Both the position numbers and the translations under genes were made by a program. A stretch of 58,277 bases of DNA, taken from the IMG/VR virus record IMGVR_UViG_3300025018_000174, positions 1 to 58,277 of that record; one strand, given 5' to 3'. The DNA comes from a virus (Duplodnaviria > Caudoviricetes). The notes under the pieces were generated by a model, which saw only the letters and a list, made by a program, of their open reading frames with translations, had not been told where the DNA came from and ran no database searches. How positions within the stretch are numbered: the stretch's first letter is position 1; each line of letters opens with the position of its first letter. Of this stretch, positions 55,180 to 58,277 are shown in pieces.

Positions 55180-55365
55180 ATGAAAACGATTGCCATCTGG
55201 GTTCTGTTCTGGGCACCTTGCCCGACGGACATGTGCGTGGAGACGCAGGCGAACGCCCTCTGGGCCTTCGAGAACCCGAGCCACTGTGAGGAAGTGGCGG
55301 AACTGATGTCCCTCAGCAACCCCGACGCCCAGCTGTGGTGCGAAACCAATGGAGCAGCCGAATGA
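55180..55365 (+). CDS. Hypothetical small Cys-rich protein
   Basis: AAGGAG RBS. Confidence 0.55.
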   Translation: MKTIAIWVLFWAPCPTDMCVETQANALWAFENPSHCEEVAELMSLSNPDAQLWCETNGAAE

Positions 55366-55694
55366 CCCTCTCCGAGCTCATCGACCAACTGACCGCGATC
55401 CAGGAAGCCCACGAGGGCCAGGACCTTCAGGTCCGGATTGCCTGCCAACCGAGCTGGCCTCTGCGGTCTTCCATCGCCAACGTGCGCACCTGCAATGGTG
55501 ACGACGCACCGGACGAGGAAGAACTGGAGATGGCCCGCGAACTGGTGACCGCCGGGGATGAAGAGGCTGACGGCTTTGCTGCCGCACAGGCGATGCTGGA
55601 AGATCACCCGCCGGTTGTCTGGATCGCTGCCAGTCATGCGGCACCCTACGACGAAAGCCCCTACGCACCGAAGACCGCTTGGGAGGAAGAATGA
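55362..55694 (+). CDS. Hypothetical acidic protein
   Basis: ATGA overlap; VRIA.QP.WPL motif. Confidence 0.7.
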   Translation: MTLSELIDQLTAIQEAHEGQDLQVRIACQPSWPLRSSIANVRTCNGDDAPDEEELEMARELVTAGDEEADGFAAAQAMLEDHPPVVWIAASHAAPYDESPYAPKTAWEEE

Positions 55695-55695
55695 C

Positions 55696-55851
55696 ATGGG
55701 CGACCGCTGGAAGATGAAGGCGCACGATGGCACGGACCCGGACCAGCCCATCAGCTTTTGGGAGGGCTGGCCACTGACACTGGTTGTGCTGGTGTTGACT
55801 GGCTGGCACTACAGCTGGTTGCTGGAATGGGCTTGGCGCTGGTTCCAGTGA
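55696..55851 (+). CDS. Small membrane protein
   Basis: GGAGG RBS; Trp-rich hydrophobic C-terminus. Confidence 0.5.
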   Translation: MGDRWKMKAHDGTDPDQPISFWEGWPLTLVVLVLTGWHYSWLLEWAWRWFQ

Positions 55852-56016
55852 AGCCGAAACGCCGGCGCCAGTGCTGGAAATAAAGGGCTGGGAGCGCTCT
55901 AACTTAGAGGGAATTGCACCCAGCCACAATAGCTACCACACCCTCAAGAATAGCGTTCGCGAAGTCTATTCTTCAGCGTATGATAGATGCATGTCCAACC
56001 AAAGGAGTGACAGACA

Positions 56017-56424
56017 ATGCCCCATCAATTCGCCTACCTCTACATGTATGGCACCGCCGGTCTTCTGGACGCGGTGAATGACGACGGAGCCTATTCGTCC
56101 ATTGACGAGCTCATCTGGCCCAACGTCGCTGCAGTGTCCCTCGACTTCTCCACCGACGTCTTCGAGGCTGTGCTGGACCTGGCCCTGCAGGAAGTCAATG
56201 ACGAGGACGACACCACGGGCTTTGACGACGAAGAGATGGTGGCCCGCTACCATCGCGGCAATGTCCACCAAGAGCTCACCTCCGAAGCCTGGGGCGTGGA
56301 ACAGAACAACGCCATCGCGCAGGTCTGGACCTACACCTTCCATGAAGGCACCGCCGAGCACCACAATCCCCATCCGCTGTTCGTCATCGGCGTCCAAAAG
56401 CGGTATCTGAGCGGTCCGAAGTGA
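56017..56424 (+). CDS. Hypothetical acidic protein
   Basis: AAGGAG RBS. Confidence 0.7.
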   Translation: MPHQFAYLYMYGTAGLLDAVNDDGAYSSIDELIWPNVAAVSLDFSTDVFEAVLDLALQEVNDEDDTTGFDDEEMVARYHRGNVHQELTSEAWGVEQNNAIAQVWTYTFHEGTAEHHNPHPLFVIGVQKRYLSGPK

Positions 56425-56512
56425 CCTAGAATACACATGAGCCCGAGCGATCGCCGAGAGCGCACAGACGCAACCGGATCGCCCGGGGGATTGTGGAAAC
56501 AAAAGGTCGAGC

Positions 56513-56665
56513 ATGCGCATTGCACTTCTGACTGTCGTGGGGCTCTTTATCCTCATCATCGCCTCTAACGGGTTACGCCTGACCTTCTTTCCGGCGCAAA
56601 CCTGTCGTGAGACACCCATCGTGGGTTACTCCACGCCTGTGTCTCCGCTGATCCTTCGCGACTGA
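56513..56665 (+). CDS. Small membrane-anchored protein (50 aa, below the ORF-track cutoff)
   Basis: MRIALLTVVGLFILIIASNG...; AAGG upstream. Confidence 0.4.
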   Translation: MRIALLTVVGLFILIIASNGLRLTFFPAQTCRETPIVGYSTPVSPLILRD

Positions 56666-56746
56666 AGGGATCAGCGACCAAAGAATTCCTGGCCCCGGGC
56701 TTATCCAGGGCCAGACAGCAACTCGCTAGGAGGCACTTCGAAAAAC

Positions 56747-57040
56747 CGAGCAAAATCAAAGCCTTACGGGTCGTTTTGACCTTGTGTCGACTTTCGACTT
56801 TGCCAGCACGAACACAAAGTCGAGCGAAAAATCGAGCAAAATCAAAGCCTTGTGGCTCGTTTTGACTTTGACTTTGTGTTTTTGTTATTTCATATACATA
56901 TACACATGCACGCACGCACACCCATGCACGCTCGCATCATGAAGCTTCGACCGTGCAAAGTCAAAGTCAAAATCGAGCTAAGGGCATGTTTTTGCTGCAT
57001 TATTTTTGACTTCGAACAAAAAGCTAACAAAGTCGAGCTG
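56747..57040. other. Putative replication origin
   Basis: Two IHF-consensus sites, many AAAGTC/GACTTT units, and a 17-bp inverted repeat around an AT-rich and alternating purine-pyrimidine tract. Confidence 0.6.
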
Positions 57041-57276
57041 CTGTAAGGTGAGACTTTGGCCCCATGAAGAGCCTACCACCCACGACCGCGACCAGCTATA
57101 GAAGGCGGTCCGCCTGATCGGGCGCGGTCGCGTTACCGGGAAGACAGGAGCAACCAGTCCAGCCCAACATCACCGCCTCCGAGCCTCTACCCAATCCACC
57201 TACCCCGGCATTAAAAGCCAGGTGCATTTGGTCGGCGCTCGAGCTTCCCAGTAGAGACAACACTCACAACTAGACT

Positions 57277-57307
57277 GGTATACTCCAACGTCATGACACG
57301 ATATTCT
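57277..57307 (+). promoter_or_regulatory. Sigma70-like promoter
   Basis: GG-TATACT-N17-TATTCT. Confidence 0.5.
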
Positions 57308-57355
57308 ATTCATACTAACACAGACAACCGCAATCAAGCGAAAGGCCACAGCACC

Positions 57356-57619
57356 ATGAAACTCCGCTCGCACAACGACATCTCCCTGACCAGCGAGGAA
57401 CTCAAGGCCATCCGGGACGTCCTGCAGAACGAAACTGCCTGGGACCGAGATGATACCTCCGCAAACGGCGGCGTCTATATTGGCGTCAACGTCCCCGGCT
57501 ACAACGGTGTCCACAACCAGACGACGTGGAACCACCTAAACGTGGCCATGATGAAGATCGACGTGGAACTGGAGCGTCGCCTCCAGGCCATCGAAGACCA
57601 CAAGCAGCGGAACCGGTGA
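57356..57619 (+). CDS. Hypothetical protein
   Basis: AAGG RBS; follows the promoter. Confidence 0.65.
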   Translation: MKLRSHNDISLTSEELKAIRDVLQNETAWDRDDTSANGGVYIGVNVPGYNGVHNQTTWNHLNVAMMKIDVELERRLQAIEDHKQRNR

Positions 57620-57864
57620 GCCAGATGCCCGTCGAAACCATCAAGACCGTCCACGGCGGCAACTCGCATCTCCGTCTGTTCACCTTCATGCGCATGCAGC
57701 GCGGTTGGTGGGGCCAATCTCACGTCGCCGACGTGAAGGTCAAGGCGAAGTCCCTGAAAGAGGCCTGGCGGATCATCCGCGCCCGCAAGGACTTCGGCAA
57801 GCGCCTGCGGAACGGCGATCACTACGGGTATGATTTCTACAAGGAAGAGGAGCTTTCCAAATGA
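57616..57864 (+). CDS. Hypothetical basic protein
   Basis: GTGA and ATGA overlaps on both sides. Confidence 0.6.
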   Translation: MSQMPVETIKTVHGGNSHLRLFTFMRMQRGWWGQSHVADVKVKAKSLKEAWRIIRARKDFGKRLRNGDHYGYDFYKEEELSK

Positions 57865-58115
57865 CCGGCAACACCATCGCCACGCCCACCATCGATCAAT
57901 TGGTCGAAGCGGTTCATCCCTGGGTGGAGCACGACGTGACCCGCGATCAGATCAAGTCCGTGATCTGGGGCATCTACCGGGGCCTTTCGCTGGACGAGCT
58001 GACCGCTTACCTCAACGCGGAAGCTGCGGCCGAGCTCCGGTCCATGGAAGAAGCAGCCCAGTCGGAAGTGGATCATCAGGTCGACTTCCAGTATCACCGG
58101 ATCGGGCACTACTAA
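57861..58115 (+). CDS. Hypothetical protein
   Basis: GAGGAG RBS; precedes the DUF2786 gene across the junction. Confidence 0.65.
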   Translation: MTGNTIATPTIDQLVEAVHPWVEHDVTRDQIKSVIWGIYRGLSLDELTAYLNAEAAAELRSMEEAAQSEVDHQVDFQYHRIGHY

Positions 58116-58277
58116 GCGAGAAAGGAACAAAACCATGACGACCAATAACTCCCCTGAGCTCGAGAAGGCCCGGGCATCAATCGCGGCGCTTCTCGCAGAC
58201 GACGGCCGCACGCCGAAAGAGGCTGAACAAGCCCGCAAGATGGCGGTCCGTCTGATGGCCAAGCATGGCTTGACGGA
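58069..58277. repeat. Terminal direct repeat, copy 2 (contains the 5' end of the DUF2786 gene again)
   Basis: Matches 1-209. Confidence 0.95.

Noticed and set aside
1-58277. Lysogeny module or 7-deazaguanine (Que) modification genes
   Set aside because: No integrase, CI-like repressor, ParA, or folE/queC/queD/queE/dpdA motifs were recognised

Overview
The window is a complete, circularly assembled genome of a GC-rich dsDNA siphophage. The unit is about 58,068 bp, with bases 1-209 repeated at 58069-58277. The host is probably an alphaproteobacterium of the Rhodobacterales, inferred from the RcGTA-type baseplate genes and a GafA-like activator. The + strand arm (53.2 kb through the junction to 26.7 kb) carries early genes, a putative replication origin, and replication and nucleotide genes: ligase, Cas4-like DUF2800, SSB, PolA, SNF2 helicase, NrdJ and DenV, with the Prim-Pol/helicase on the - strand. 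The - strand arm (52.8 to 26.8 kb) carries packaging, head, tail and lysis genes. No integrase, repressor, tRNA or CRISPR array was recognised. Highlights: (1) seven proteins from different modules end in the same C-terminal tag D-P-(L/T)-(A), encoded by different codons; (2) the thymidylate-synthase homologue has the dCMP-specific Asp and sits with DHFR, dCMP deaminase and a MazG-kinase fusion, suggesting a 5-methyl/hydroxymethyl-cytosine pathway; (3) a GafA-like activator and a candidate late-promoter motif; (4) structured RNA candidates; (5) an IHF/iteron origin; (6) a 470-bp tandem duplication that creates a chimeric neck gene. All family assignments come from motifs recognised by eye, with no database searches.
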